Below, one piece after another: positions 10,252 through 18,684 of a stretch of 64,000 nucleotides of DNA (positions are counted from its first letter, which is position 1; each line of letters opens with the position of its first letter). This DNA is from a virus (taxonomy: Duplodnaviria; Caudoviricetes). Made by a program: the position numbers and the translations under genes. Below the pieces are notes generated by a model that made no database searches, was not told where the DNA came from, and was given only the letters and a program-made list of their open reading frames with translations. Location of the stretch: IMG/VR virus record IMGVR_UViG_3300027608_000010, one strand, 5' to 3'.

Positions 10252-10503
10252 ATGAGATATTTTTTAGTAACATACGTAACTAAGCCTGATGGCAAGATTG
10301 ATGAACAAGTAGAGATTTCTAAAAATCTAAAGGATAGAGATATTACTATGTGTAATATTATTTTAGATTTTAAAGAAAAGAATGTTCAGAAGAATGTAGT
10401 TCAAGGTAATGTGATGAATCTATCATGGAGTACACTGCTAGAATATTACAAAAAAGTATATCCAGACCAAATTGATCAATTAGAAAAAATTAACGGAATA
10501 TAA
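10252..10503 (+). CDS. Hypothetical protein
   Basis: 83-aa ORF following the clamp loader. Confidence 0.55.
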   Translation: MRYFLVTYVTKPDGKIDEQVEISKNLKDRDITMCNIILDFKEKNVQKNVVQGNVMNLSWSTLLEYYKKVYPDQIDQLEKINGI

Positions 10504-10531
10504 AAAAATAGGGATGTTATGAGCACCCCTA
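10502..10531 (-). terminator. Rho-independent terminator of phoH (possibly bidirectional)
   Basis: Minus strand reads taggggtg-ctcataa-catcccta followed by a T7 run. Confidence 0.7.
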
Positions 10532-10538
10532 AACCCGA

Positions 10539-11327
10539 TTAAGCGTACAGTCTAAGTACGTGCTCTATAATTTTGTGGCGTTGAACATCTTTCAGTTCAA
10601 AGTTACACAATTGCAACCCTGGAATCACCCCCTTCCCCAATCGATTTTGTAAGTCTAGTAGCCCATTGTCGGCTTTTTTTCTATCAGCTTGTTCTATGTC
10701 GCCAGTAATTACAATCTTACTGCCGATACTGATTCTAGTCATAATCATCTTGAGTTGACTGGGGGTTGCGTTTTGAGCCTCATCTAATACGATATAGCTA
10801 TGTTTAAAGTTTCGACCTCGACAGAATGCTAGGGGTGCAATTTCCACTATCTGTTCTTCTAGCATGTGGGCGATTTCCTTTACCGTATAATACTCTCTCA
10901 ATACATCAAGCAAAGGTCTTGTCCAAGGTTCCATCTTAGCGTTCAGATCACCTGGCAAGAAGCCATGCTTTTCATCATCTACCCCAACGGCGGGTCGTGT
11001 AAGAATGATACGAGAAACTTCACCTGCTTTTAGTGCTTTGATTGCAGCTAACATAGCAAGATAAGTTTTTCCCGTTCCTGCAGGTCCACCGACCACGACA
11101 ATATCAGTCTCTTGGTCTAGTAGTGCGAGGATATATTTTTCTTGGTTTACTGATTTGGGCACCATGACAATGGGCTTACTATTCAGCTTAGGACGACTTT
11201 GGTCAAAGTTGATTGTTTTTGATTCGTGTGTGTAGTATGTTTTCTGTGTGTTATCGTATTTTTTACTGTGTGCGTATCTTGTATCTTGATCCTGAGTGCG
11301 TAAAGCACTTGTTTTGCGTTTGCTCAA
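10539..11327 (-). CDS. phoH: PhoH-family ATPase
   Basis: GPAGTGKTYLA, IILTRPAV, GFLPGDL..K..PW, PLAFCRGRNF, LDEAQN, ITGD..QAD. TTG start with AGGAG RBS at 11334..11338. Confidence 0.95.
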   Translation of the reverse strand: MSKRKTSALRTQDQDTRYAHSKKYDNTQKTYYTHESKTINFDQSRPKLNSKPIVMVPKSVNQEKYILALLDQETDIVVVGGPAGTGKTYLAMLAAIKALKAGEVSRIILTRPAVGVDDEKHGFLPGDLNAKMEPWTRPLLDVLREYYTVKEIAHMLEEQIVEIAPLAFCRGRNFKHSYIVLDEAQNATPSQLKMIMTRISIGSKIVITGDIEQADRKKADNGLLDLQNRLGKGVIPGLQLCNFELKDVQRHKIIEHVLRLYA

Positions 11328-11348
11328 AATATTCTCCTTTTTAGAGCC

Positions 11349-11365
11349 GAATGCTCATAACATTC
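11349..11365 (-). promoter_or_regulatory. Hairpin in the phoH 5' leader whose loop is complementary to the phoH terminator loop
   Basis: Minus strand gaatg-ttatgag-cattc. The 12-bp inverted repeat 10514..10525 / 11352..11363 flanks phoH. Confidence 0.6.
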
Positions 11366-11481
11366 AAGAGTATTTAAGGTGAAACGGTCCACGCAATATA
11401 GCATACTTTTAACACATCATCTGGTGATAAATATTAGGCTACGCTACAAAAAATCTAATTGCTCATTATCATTGCAAGAAT

Positions 11482-11489
11482 GATAAATA
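11482..11489 (+). promoter_or_regulatory. Late promoter-like GATAAATA (a second copy lies at 11426..11433)
   Basis: NATAAATA immediately upstream of ATG 11495. Confidence 0.55.
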
Positions 11490-11494
11490 CAACT

Positions 11495-12118
11495 ATGAGT
11501 AAACTTCCATCTGACGACTTTTTTAAAGATATAGATTATCCAAATATTATTGATAATATCAAGGGTATCTTCACCAGCGACGGTACCATTAATACATTGC
11601 TTGACTTTGAGCGTGTATTAGATGAGGCAGACTTGTACGCATACCAGAACTGGGAACTAGGTGAACTTGTCAACGGTCCTATTAGCAAAAAATACACAGT
11701 AACCTGTGTGTTTATGTATCCCGAGAAACTAATGCCCAATCCAAAAGGTGGAAAGAGATTAACACACTTAGGATGTACTATACATTTCAAGAAAACATCA
11801 ATTGAAGTTCCAGTAAAAATCGAAGGACATGAAGATTTTGAACCAGGCACACATTATCCTAAGATGGTTGAGAAGCCGGTATGGTTAGTACGTATTGAAA
11901 TACCAAGAGAATTAATGAATGATGTCCGTGAAGGTAGTATTGACTTAGCAGGACAGACAATTGAACTAGATGATTTAGATTCAGCATACGAAGATGACCT
12001 AGATAAAGAAGGTACTGAAGAACAAGGTAATGCGCCAGCCAATCAGGCTATGGGTCAACCACCAATGGCGGGCGGTATGCCACCGCAACCAATGGCACCC
12101 CCTCAGGGAGCAATGTAA
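11495..12118 (+). CDS. Hypothetical, probably virion/head-associated protein
   Basis: Likely start is ATG 11495 after the late promoter; acidic protein with a Met/Pro-rich tail. Confidence 0.55.
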   Translation: MSKLPSDDFFKDIDYPNIIDNIKGIFTSDGTINTLLDFERVLDEADLYAYQNWELGELVNGPISKKYTVTCVFMYPEKLMPNPKGGKRLTHLGCTIHFKKTSIEVPVKIEGHEDFEPGTHYPKMVEKPVWLVRIEIPRELMNDVREGSIDLAGQTIELDDLDSAYEDDLDKEGTEEQGNAPANQAMGQPPMAGGMPPQPMAPPQGAM

Positions 12119-12696
12119 TGAGACTAGTTGAAAACTTAGATTATCGTGATTTAGTTGGACAAGTAATCCCAACATTATCTATTGATGAATATGAAGCAAA
12201 AGCAGGAAGCAATGATGAGATTATCACATTAGCTTTTAAAGTTGTCGGTAAAGCAGCTAGTACAGATTTGGTTGATTGGTTTGAACGTGGTTACGAGTGG
12301 GTACTAGATGCACAAGTAAGTGAAGGTGAGTATACTGCTGGAAAATATTTAGTTTTTGTTGAGATTGAAAGAAGAACTAAAGCAGTTGAACGTATTGTTG
12401 AATTGATTGATGACTTAGAAACACTAACAAACATGTCATTAGCAGATTGGACAGTTACAGTTGATGGTTCAGAATATGGTGCAGATATTTCAGAGTTAAA
12501 AGGTTTGTTCGAATTAAGTCCTCATTCTTACCGTGAAAGCAATCCGGAAGATACTGAAGAAGATGAAGAAGATGAAAAAGAAAATATTGAACCTGAATTA
12601 AATGAAATGCGTAGACAAGCTGGATTAGAACCAGCTAAGATGAATAAACAAAAAGATAGTTTATTAAAAGATTTTATTGCAAAGGCAGGATTATAA
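12118..12696 (+). CDS. Hypothetical acidic protein, putative head-internal (MRLVE| leader, LNEMRRQAGL motif)
   Basis: ATG overlaps the upstream stop; xxE leader present. Confidence 0.5.
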   Translation: MRLVENLDYRDLVGQVIPTLSIDEYEAKAGSNDEIITLAFKVVGKAASTDLVDWFERGYEWVLDAQVSEGEYTAGKYLVFVEIERRTKAVERIVELIDDLETLTNMSLADWTVTVDGSEYGADISELKGLFELSPHSYRESNPEDTEEDEEDEKENIEPELNEMRRQAGLEPAKMNKQKDSLLKDFIAKAGL

Positions 12697-12697
12697 C

Positions 12698-13297
12698 ATG
12701 GCAACATTATTAGCAAAAAAAGCAGACGGTACTATACCATTAGCAAAGACAGACGATCACCACGAAGCATTAGCGGCTGATCCTAGTATATCAGCATTCC
12801 CGCAAGGTAGCTCATTCGGAGGAACATCTTCAAACGGATTCGGTACAACCGCACCCGGCTTTGGTGCAGTTCCCCCAGCATCAAGCTCCAGTGGACTCGG
12901 AAGTTTTGGAGCAGTTATTCCAGGAAAAGACTCAGGAGGAAATATGGCAGGATCAGTACAAGTAACACACAATCAAGCAGAGTCACTAAAAAGTGGCGGT
13001 GGTGCAATGAGTGAAGGTGGAGAATCTACTGTAGCATTGGATCAAAGTTCTACAGATTGGATCAACAAGAAAATGCGCCCAATGATGGGTTGGATTTATA
13101 TGTTGACATGTACATGTGACTTTGTTATCTTCCCGGTACTATGGTCAGTGTTACAAGCAATGAGTCATGGCTCAGTAACAAGTCAATGGCAACCATTGAC
13201 ATTACAAGGTGCAGGACTTTACCATATTGCAATGGGCGCAGTTCTAGGTATTGCCGCATACGGTCGTACAAAAGAAAAAGTAGCCGGCGTAGCTTAA
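12698..13297 (+). CDS. Holin of the 3TM gene-transfer-agent type with a long low-complexity N-terminal extension
   Basis: C-terminal WINKKMRPMMGWIY..C..DFVIFPVLW...WQPLTLQGAGLYHIAMGAVLGIAAYGRTKEK matches the GTA 3TM holin pattern. Confidence 0.7.
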   Translation: MATLLAKKADGTIPLAKTDDHHEALAADPSISAFPQGSSFGGTSSNGFGTTAPGFGAVPPASSSSGLGSFGAVIPGKDSGGNMAGSVQVTHNQAESLKSGGGAMSEGGESTVALDQSSTDWINKKMRPMMGWIYMLTCTCDFVIFPVLWSVLQAMSHGSVTSQWQPLTLQGAGLYHIAMGAVLGIAAYGRTKEKVAGVA

Positions 13298-13303
13298 TAA
13301 ATA

Positions 13304-13332
13304 TTGACTTAGCACACAAACTGTGCTATACT
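13304..13332 (+). promoter_or_regulatory. Sigma70-like promoter for dnaJ-clpA
   Basis: TTGACT-17 nt-TATACT. Confidence 0.75.
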
Positions 13333-13339
13333 CAATACT

Positions 13340-14152
13340 ATGGAACACTATCAAACTTTAGGGGTAGACAGAAATGCCTCCTCCGATGACATTAAAAAAG
13401 CATATCGCAAATTAGCAGGAGTTCATCACCCGGACAAGGGTGGTGATACTGCTACATTTCAAAAAATTCAAAGTGCTTATGAAACACTAAGCGATCCACA
13501 AAAGAAACAAGAATACGATAATCCAAATCCGTTTGGTCAAGGCGGTGGCCCTGGTGGCTTTCACTTTACTACAGGTGGAGGAGGGTTTAATATGCAGTTC
13601 AATGATATTTTTGGGCAGATGTTTGGGGGACAACGTAATAATCCTTTTGGTCATTCTTTCCAACAAACATTTAAGACAACCATTTGGGTATCGTTAGAAC
13701 AAGTATTCAATGGGGCTGAACAACTATTACAACTACAAGGTCAGGGCGGCCCTCAAACTATTAAAGTTGAGATTCCAAAAGGAATAGAGAACGGTGCTCA
13801 AATGAGATATGATAATCTCATTGCCGGCGGAGTTCTTATTGTTGAATTCAGAGTTCATGTACATCCTAAGTTTGACCGTGTGGGGCAAGACTTAGTTTCA
13901 CAACATAGAATTAGTGTATTAGATTTGATTGTGGGTACGTCATTTGATTTCACTACTATTAGTGGGAAAACATTTCAAGTCCAAGTCAAACCAGGAACAC
14001 AACCTGATAGTACATTAAGAGTTTCGGGTCAGGGATTACCTCACATGAATGAACAAGGCAACGGTGACCAATTGCTATTGCTTAAACCATTTATTCCTGA
14101 TAAAATAGACAACAAGATAACTGCTAGCATTTTGCAGAGTCGAAGTAATTAA
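13340..14152 (+). CDS. dnaJ: DnaJ/CbpA-type co-chaperone (J domain, G/F region and C-terminal domain; no Zn finger)
   Basis: YQTLGV..NAS.DDIKKAYRKLA..HHPDKGG (HPD motif), GGGGF region, and C-terminal PGTQP...LRVSGQGLP. Confidence 0.93.
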   Translation: MEHYQTLGVDRNASSDDIKKAYRKLAGVHHPDKGGDTATFQKIQSAYETLSDPQKKQEYDNPNPFGQGGGPGGFHFTTGGGGFNMQFNDIFGQMFGGQRNNPFGHSFQQTFKTTIWVSLEQVFNGAEQLLQLQGQGGPQTIKVEIPKGIENGAQMRYDNLIAGGVLIVEFRVHVHPKFDRVGQDLVSQHRISVLDLIVGTSFDFTTISGKTFQVQVKPGTQPDSTLRVSGQGLPHMNEQGNGDQLLLLKPFIPDKIDNKITASILQSRSN

Positions 14153-14176
14153 ATAAGATTTTAAAAGGAAATCATT

Positions 14177-16459
14177 TTGCACTCACCGGAAATCGAATCA
14201 ATTATTGAAAAAGCAGTTGATTTAGCAAAACAACGCAACCATCAATATTGCACAGTAGAACATCTACTATTAGCATTAATTTCTTATGCACCATTTCAGA
14301 AATGTATAGGCAGCTTTGGTATTGATGCAGATACTATGAGTAAAGAAGTAATTACATATTTAGATAATTTAAAATATATCGAATTATCAGTATCTGAAGG
14401 ACAAGAAATTCAGCCACGCAAAACTAATAGCTTAGAACGTGTAATGAATCGTAGCGTTACTCAAGTATTATTTACCGGTCGTAAAGTTGTAACAACTATT
14501 GACTTGTATCTTAGTATTATGGCTGAAGGCAATAGTCATGCACAGTATTTCTTATTGAAACATGGTTTTGTTAAGAATGAATTTGTTCCTTTTTGGCAAA
14601 AACATTACAAAGGCACACAAGCTGATGTTAAACTAACAGACGAACAAGCAGATAATATCCTAGAAGAATACACTATCAATTTAACACAACTGGCTAAGTT
14701 GCAGAAACTAGAGCCTGTGATTGGTCGTAGTAAAGAAGTTGATGACATTATCAATGTATTAGCTAAACGATTCAAGTCAAATGTATTGATGGTAGGTGAT
14801 CCTGGTGTTGGTAAAACTGCAATTGCAGAAGGTCTAGCACAAATGATTGTCAATGATGAAGTCCCTGAATTCTTAAAAGACCATGAACTTTACAGTTTAG
14901 AGATCGGTAGTCTATTAGCAGGTAGTAAGTATCGCGGTGACTTTGAAGAAAAAGTTAAAGCAGTACTTGATGCACTGACTGTTAAGAAAGATGCAATTCT
15001 GTTCATTGACGAAGCACATACAATGCGTGGCGCCGGTGGTGCAACAAATGGTGCAGTTGATTTTGCTAACATGATTAAACCTGCAATTACTAAGGGTACA
15101 TTAAAAGTTATTGCAAGTACAACTTGGGAAGAGTACTACGAATCATTTGAAAAGGACCGCGCATTGATGCGAAGGTTCTATCGTGTGAGTATTGATGAAC
15201 CAAGTCGTGAATCTACAGTTAGTATTCTTAAAGGTCTAAGTGTACGATTGAATGACTTCCACAGTGTGGAGATTACAGATGAAGCGATTGAAGCCGCAGT
15301 TGAAGGTGCAACACGATACATTCAGGATCGTAAGAATCCAGACAAGTCTATTGATTTGTTAGATGCCGCTTGTGCTAAACAACGAGTAGCAGAGAACAAG
15401 GGCGCTATCATTACTAAAGAATTAGTGTTTGATCAGATTGAAAAATACACCGGAGTTCCTGCTGATAAATTAACTGATGATAACTCAGAACGTATTATTA
15501 ACCTTGAGTCTAATGTAAAATCAAAACTATATGGACAAGAAGAAACAGTTAATAAGGTACTTGAACGTGTATATGTTAGTTTTGCTGGTATCGGCAATCA
15601 AACTAAACCACAAGCGAGTTTCTTATTCTTAGGCCCAACCGGTACAGGTAAAACTGAATTAGCTAAATTATTGTCTAAGAACCTTGACATGAAACTACTC
15701 AAGTACGATATGTCAGAGTATGGTGAAAAGTTTTCGGTATCAAGTTTGATTGGCGCGCCCCCGGGCTATGTTGGCTTTGGTGAGGGATCACTAGGTGGTG
15801 GACGACTGATTAATGACTTAAGCAAGAACCCACATTCAATTCTATTATTTGACGAAGTTGAAAAGGCTCACCCAGATATCTTTAATATCTTCTTGCAATT
15901 GCTTGATGAAGGTCGTGTTACCGGTAGCAATGGTAAAGAAGTCAATGCTAAAAACTGTATTATCATTATGACTAGTAACTTAGGTAGTGGTGACAGTGAA
16001 CGAAATGTAATTGGTTTTGGTAGTCAAGAACGTAGCGGGGAAGATGACAAAGCATTAAAAGAATTCTTTAAGCCAGAATTCAGAAATCGAATTGACTTGG
16101 TATGTAAGTTTGGTAAACTAGATATGTTGGCAATCAAAAAAATTGTTATTAAATTTGCTGATGACTTGAAGAAATCTCTCAGAGAGGCACATAATATTAC
16201 ACTACACTTGAGCGAACCAGTAGTTGAGTATCTAGCAGAAAAGGGTTATGATAATAAAATGGGAGCCCGCCCACTAGCAAGAAAGATTGATGAACTAATT
16301 CGGGTACCTCTGAGCAAGAAACTCTTGTTTGAGCGTATCAAAAATAGTACAATCAATGCTAACTTAGAGAACGGAGAAATTGTTTTTGATGTTCAACAAA
16401 AATTAATAGCAGAAGTAGGTGAAGATGGCATTATTAAAGTTACAACAGACACGCAGTGA
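14177..16459 (+). CDS. clpA: ATP-dependent Clp protease ATP-binding subunit ClpA-like
   Basis: Clp N domain (TVEHLLLAL), NBD1 GDPGVGKT / LFIDEAH, NBD2 GPTGTGKTE / LFDEVEKAHP, ClpP-docking IGF loop (NVIGFG), and MGARPL. Confidence 0.93.
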   Translation: MHSPEIESIIEKAVDLAKQRNHQYCTVEHLLLALISYAPFQKCIGSFGIDADTMSKEVITYLDNLKYIELSVSEGQEIQPRKTNSLERVMNRSVTQVLFTGRKVVTTIDLYLSIMAEGNSHAQYFLLKHGFVKNEFVPFWQKHYKGTQADVKLTDEQADNILEEYTINLTQLAKLQKLEPVIGRSKEVDDIINVLAKRFKSNVLMVGDPGVGKTAIAEGLAQMIVNDEVPEFLKDHELYSLEIGSLLAGSKYRGDFEEKVKAVLDALTVKKDAILFIDEAHTMRGAGGATNGAVDFANMIKPAITKGTLKVIASTTWEEYYESFEKDRALMRRFYRVSIDEPSRESTVSILKGLSVRLNDFHSVEITDEAIEAAVEGATRYIQDRKNPDKSIDLLDAACAKQRVAENKGAIITKELVFDQIEKYTGVPADKLTDDNSERIINLESNVKSKLYGQEETVNKVLERVYVSFAGIGNQTKPQASFLFLGPTGTGKTELAKLLSKNLDMKLLKYDMSEYGEKFSVSSLIGAPPGYVGFGEGSLGGGRLINDLSKNPHSILLFDEVEKAHPDIFNIFLQLLDEGRVTGSNGKEVNAKNCIIIMTSNLGSGDSERNVIGFGSQERSGEDDKALKEFFKPEFRNRIDLVCKFGKLDMLAIKKIVIKFADDLKKSLREAHNITLHLSEPVVEYLAEKGYDNKMGARPLARKIDELIRVPLSKKLLFERIKNSTINANLENGEIVFDVQQKLIAEVGEDGIIKVTTDTQ

Positions 16460-17141
16460 TGGCGTAGGGTATATCGACCATAGAGACTTGTATTTCGGTA
16501 AATTTAATTACCGTGCAAGAGTTCATATGATCGGTGCATATTTATGTTCATATGCTACGAAAAAAGAAGATTTTCAAAAGCGAATAAAAATCAATAAGAA
16601 AACCATGGCAGGAGCCAAGGTCGATGAACTAGTTCTTTTTGCTGATTGGAAGAATACTCAAAAGAAAGAAAAGAAAAGTGATATCACTTTTCGTATTGAG
16701 GGACAGTCTGCTAGTGTGTTTTCTAATAACCTAGAGTTTTTAAGAGAATTAGAATCACTAGGATTCAATGTTGATTTTACTGCAATTGAAGATGTAGTAC
16801 CTGTAGGTATAAAATACTTTGTCAATGAACCCAAATTCAAGTATCGTATCTATTTAAAAAGCAAACGAGTTTCTGAAGATTTTCCTAAGAAATTGAAGAA
16901 TATGTTTGATAGGTATAAAGGTACAGGCACTAAAATTTCTCCCAGCCCCTCATTAAATGACTGGTTAACTGAAAGGGGAACTCCTAGTTTAGGTGGATAC
17001 CTCTCTTGGAAACGCAGTTATTGTAGCAGTCATTACTTTATTGAATACAATGATGAGAGTTTTATTACGATTTTTGCACTTACCTTTACCGGGATTATTT
17101 CTAGGAAATACACTTTAGAAAAACGCCCAGAGTCAACATAA
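16419..17141 (+). CDS. Hypothetical protein
   Basis: 240-aa ORF overlapping the end of clpA; exact start uncertain. Confidence 0.55.
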   Translation: MKMALLKLQQTRSDGVGYIDHRDLYFGKFNYRARVHMIGAYLCSYATKKEDFQKRIKINKKTMAGAKVDELVLFADWKNTQKKEKKSDITFRIEGQSASVFSNNLEFLRELESLGFNVDFTAIEDVVPVGIKYFVNEPKFKYRIYLKSKRVSEDFPKKLKNMFDRYKGTGTKISPSPSLNDWLTERGTPSLGGYLSWKRSYCSSHYFIEYNDESFITIFALTFTGIISRKYTLEKRPEST

Positions 17142-17144
17142 AAT

Positions 17145-17152
17145 GATAAATA
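17145..17152 (+). promoter_or_regulatory. Late promoter-like GATAAATA
   Basis: Followed by a GGAG RBS and ATG 17174. Confidence 0.6.
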
Positions 17153-17173
17153 CTCTATAATGGAGTGTTTACC

Positions 17174-17341
17174 ATGGCAAAGATTGTCGAAACTGTATTT
17201 GTAGTAAAATTAAGTCAATTAGTAAGAGATAATCCAGCATCTATAGAGACTGCTGGGTTTGATGAGCTTCCAAAAACTATTGAAGAAGTCGTGCAACAGT
17301 TAGTTGCAGGTGATGTTTTAGTGGAAGTTGAAAAAGCATAA
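17174..17341 (+). CDS. Small hypothetical protein (55 aa, MAKIVETVFVVKLSQLVRD...), missed by the ORF track
   Basis: GGAG RBS; TAA overlaps the next ATG; fills the gap exactly. Confidence 0.7.
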   Translation: MAKIVETVFVVKLSQLVRDNPASIETAGFDELPKTIEEVVQQLVAGDVLVEVEKA

Positions 17342-17697
17342 TGAGCCAAACAACCGCACTTACCCTATTACCAACAACTATTGCAGTAGTAACCGGGGAC
17401 AAACAACCCGGGGTAAGTTATTACACCTCTGGAAAAACCCTACAAACTATTACTTGGAAACTTTCAGCATTCTTAGGAACTGTAATTGTTCAAGCAAGTC
17501 TAGTTGAGAATCCAACAACTGATTCTGATTGGTTCCCTGTATATAATTTAATTTGTACTACAGGTAATAATAATGGCGGGTCAATACCTAATCCAGCAGT
17601 AAGTTTTGTAAATATCACTGGTAATTTTGCATGGGTAAGAGCAAAAGTATCGGCATACACTTCTGGAACAATTAATTATGTAAAGGTCTGTTATTAA
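17341..17697 (+). CDS. Small beta-rich protein, probably virion
   Basis: 118 aa, Thr/Val-rich, in a late operon. Confidence 0.5.
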   Translation: MSQTTALTLLPTTIAVVTGDKQPGVSYYTSGKTLQTITWKLSAFLGTVIVQASLVENPTTDSDWFPVYNLICTTGNNNGGSIPNPAVSFVNITGNFAWVRAKVSAYTSGTINYVKVCY

Positions 17698-17698
17698 A

Positions 17699-18634
17699 AT
17701 GTTTAAGTCAACATTAATCGCAGAACAACTTAAAAAGATTCGTCCTTTATTAAAGGAAGCCAATCCACAGCAAAAACTTAAATTAATGAAACTAATGAAG
17801 GTTGCATTGAAAGAGAATTTTGATGAACGTATGGCATTGATTCGTAAATTAGTCAGAACTGGTAAATATGACGCAAGTGATTTAGAATTAGCTACTACTG
17901 AACAACTGCGTGAATTATTAGATGGTCAACATGGTTTAGATGAAGACCAAGCTATACCACTGTCAGGAAAGATATCAGCAAGACCTAATCAAGATCCAAA
18001 CTCATTTGAGGATTGGGATTATTACCATCAAGGTGAACCAATACAACCAGGGTCCGATATACATACAAAAGTAAAAGATGTGCATTTACGCCAACGGGAA
18101 CCTGCATATGATACAATGAGAAATGCTTTTGATAACCCTATACAACCAGGACCAATACTTCCGCAAAATCAATCAGGTGATACAATAATTCCATCACGTC
18201 CTAAACCTGCAGAAAAGATAAAAGATGCGGATGGTAAGCCAATTAGATTAAAAGATTTTGTCCCACATGATCCTGACATAATGGAAGATGATTTAAAATC
18301 AATTGATCCTGACGATCATGGAGAGACAGAAGGTCGTTTTGTAAAGAATCAAATACAAACTATGCTACGTGTTTTATCACATTTAGAAAATGCAATAGGT
18401 GATGACGAAAATTTACCTGAATGGGTACAAATGTTACTTAGCCAATCACAAGATAAGATTGTAGGTGTCATGGATTATATGATTAGTGCCAAAGAACTTG
18501 CCAAAAAAGAACAAACGGGTAATCAAAGTATAATATCAGCATTAAGTATGCTGGAGGGGGAAAAACGTACTAAAACCGTTATCCCTAACAAGAAAAAAGT
18601 AAAAGAATCTAAAGATTTTCTACAAGAAAAATAA
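17699..18634 (+). CDS. Putative head-internal modular protein (MFKSTLIAE| leader) carrying an 85-aa module duplicated in the gene at 30156
   Basis: xxE sites (LIAE, LLKE, ALKE, GLDE, DIME); module 17942..18196; C-terminal ENLPEWVQ domain. Confidence 0.55.
   Translation: MFKSTLIAEQLKKIRPLLKEANPQQKLKLMKLMKVALKENFDERMALIRKLVRTGKYDASDLELATTEQLRELLDGQHGLDEDQAIPLSGKISARPNQDPNSFEDWDYYHQGEPIQPGSDIHTKVKDVHLRQREPAYDTMRNAFDNPIQPGPILPQNQSGDTIIPSRPKPAEKIKDADGKPIRLKDFVPHDPDIMEDDLKSIDPDDHGETEGRFVKNQIQTMLRVLSHLENAIGDDENLPEWVQMLLSQSQDKIVGVMDYMISAKELAKKEQTGNQSIISALSMLEGEKRTKTVIPNKKKVKESKDFLQEK
17942..18196 (+). repeat. 255-bp dispersed repeat, copy 1 (copy 2 at 33516..33770)
   Basis: EDQAIPLSGKISARPNQDPNSFEDWDYYHQG...DQSGDTIIPS is colinear without indels in both genes. 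Confidence 0.92.
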
Positions 18635-18684
18635 TTCGGGGTGGTCCTCAGTGTGTAAATAATTACATCATTTAAGAGGACCAA

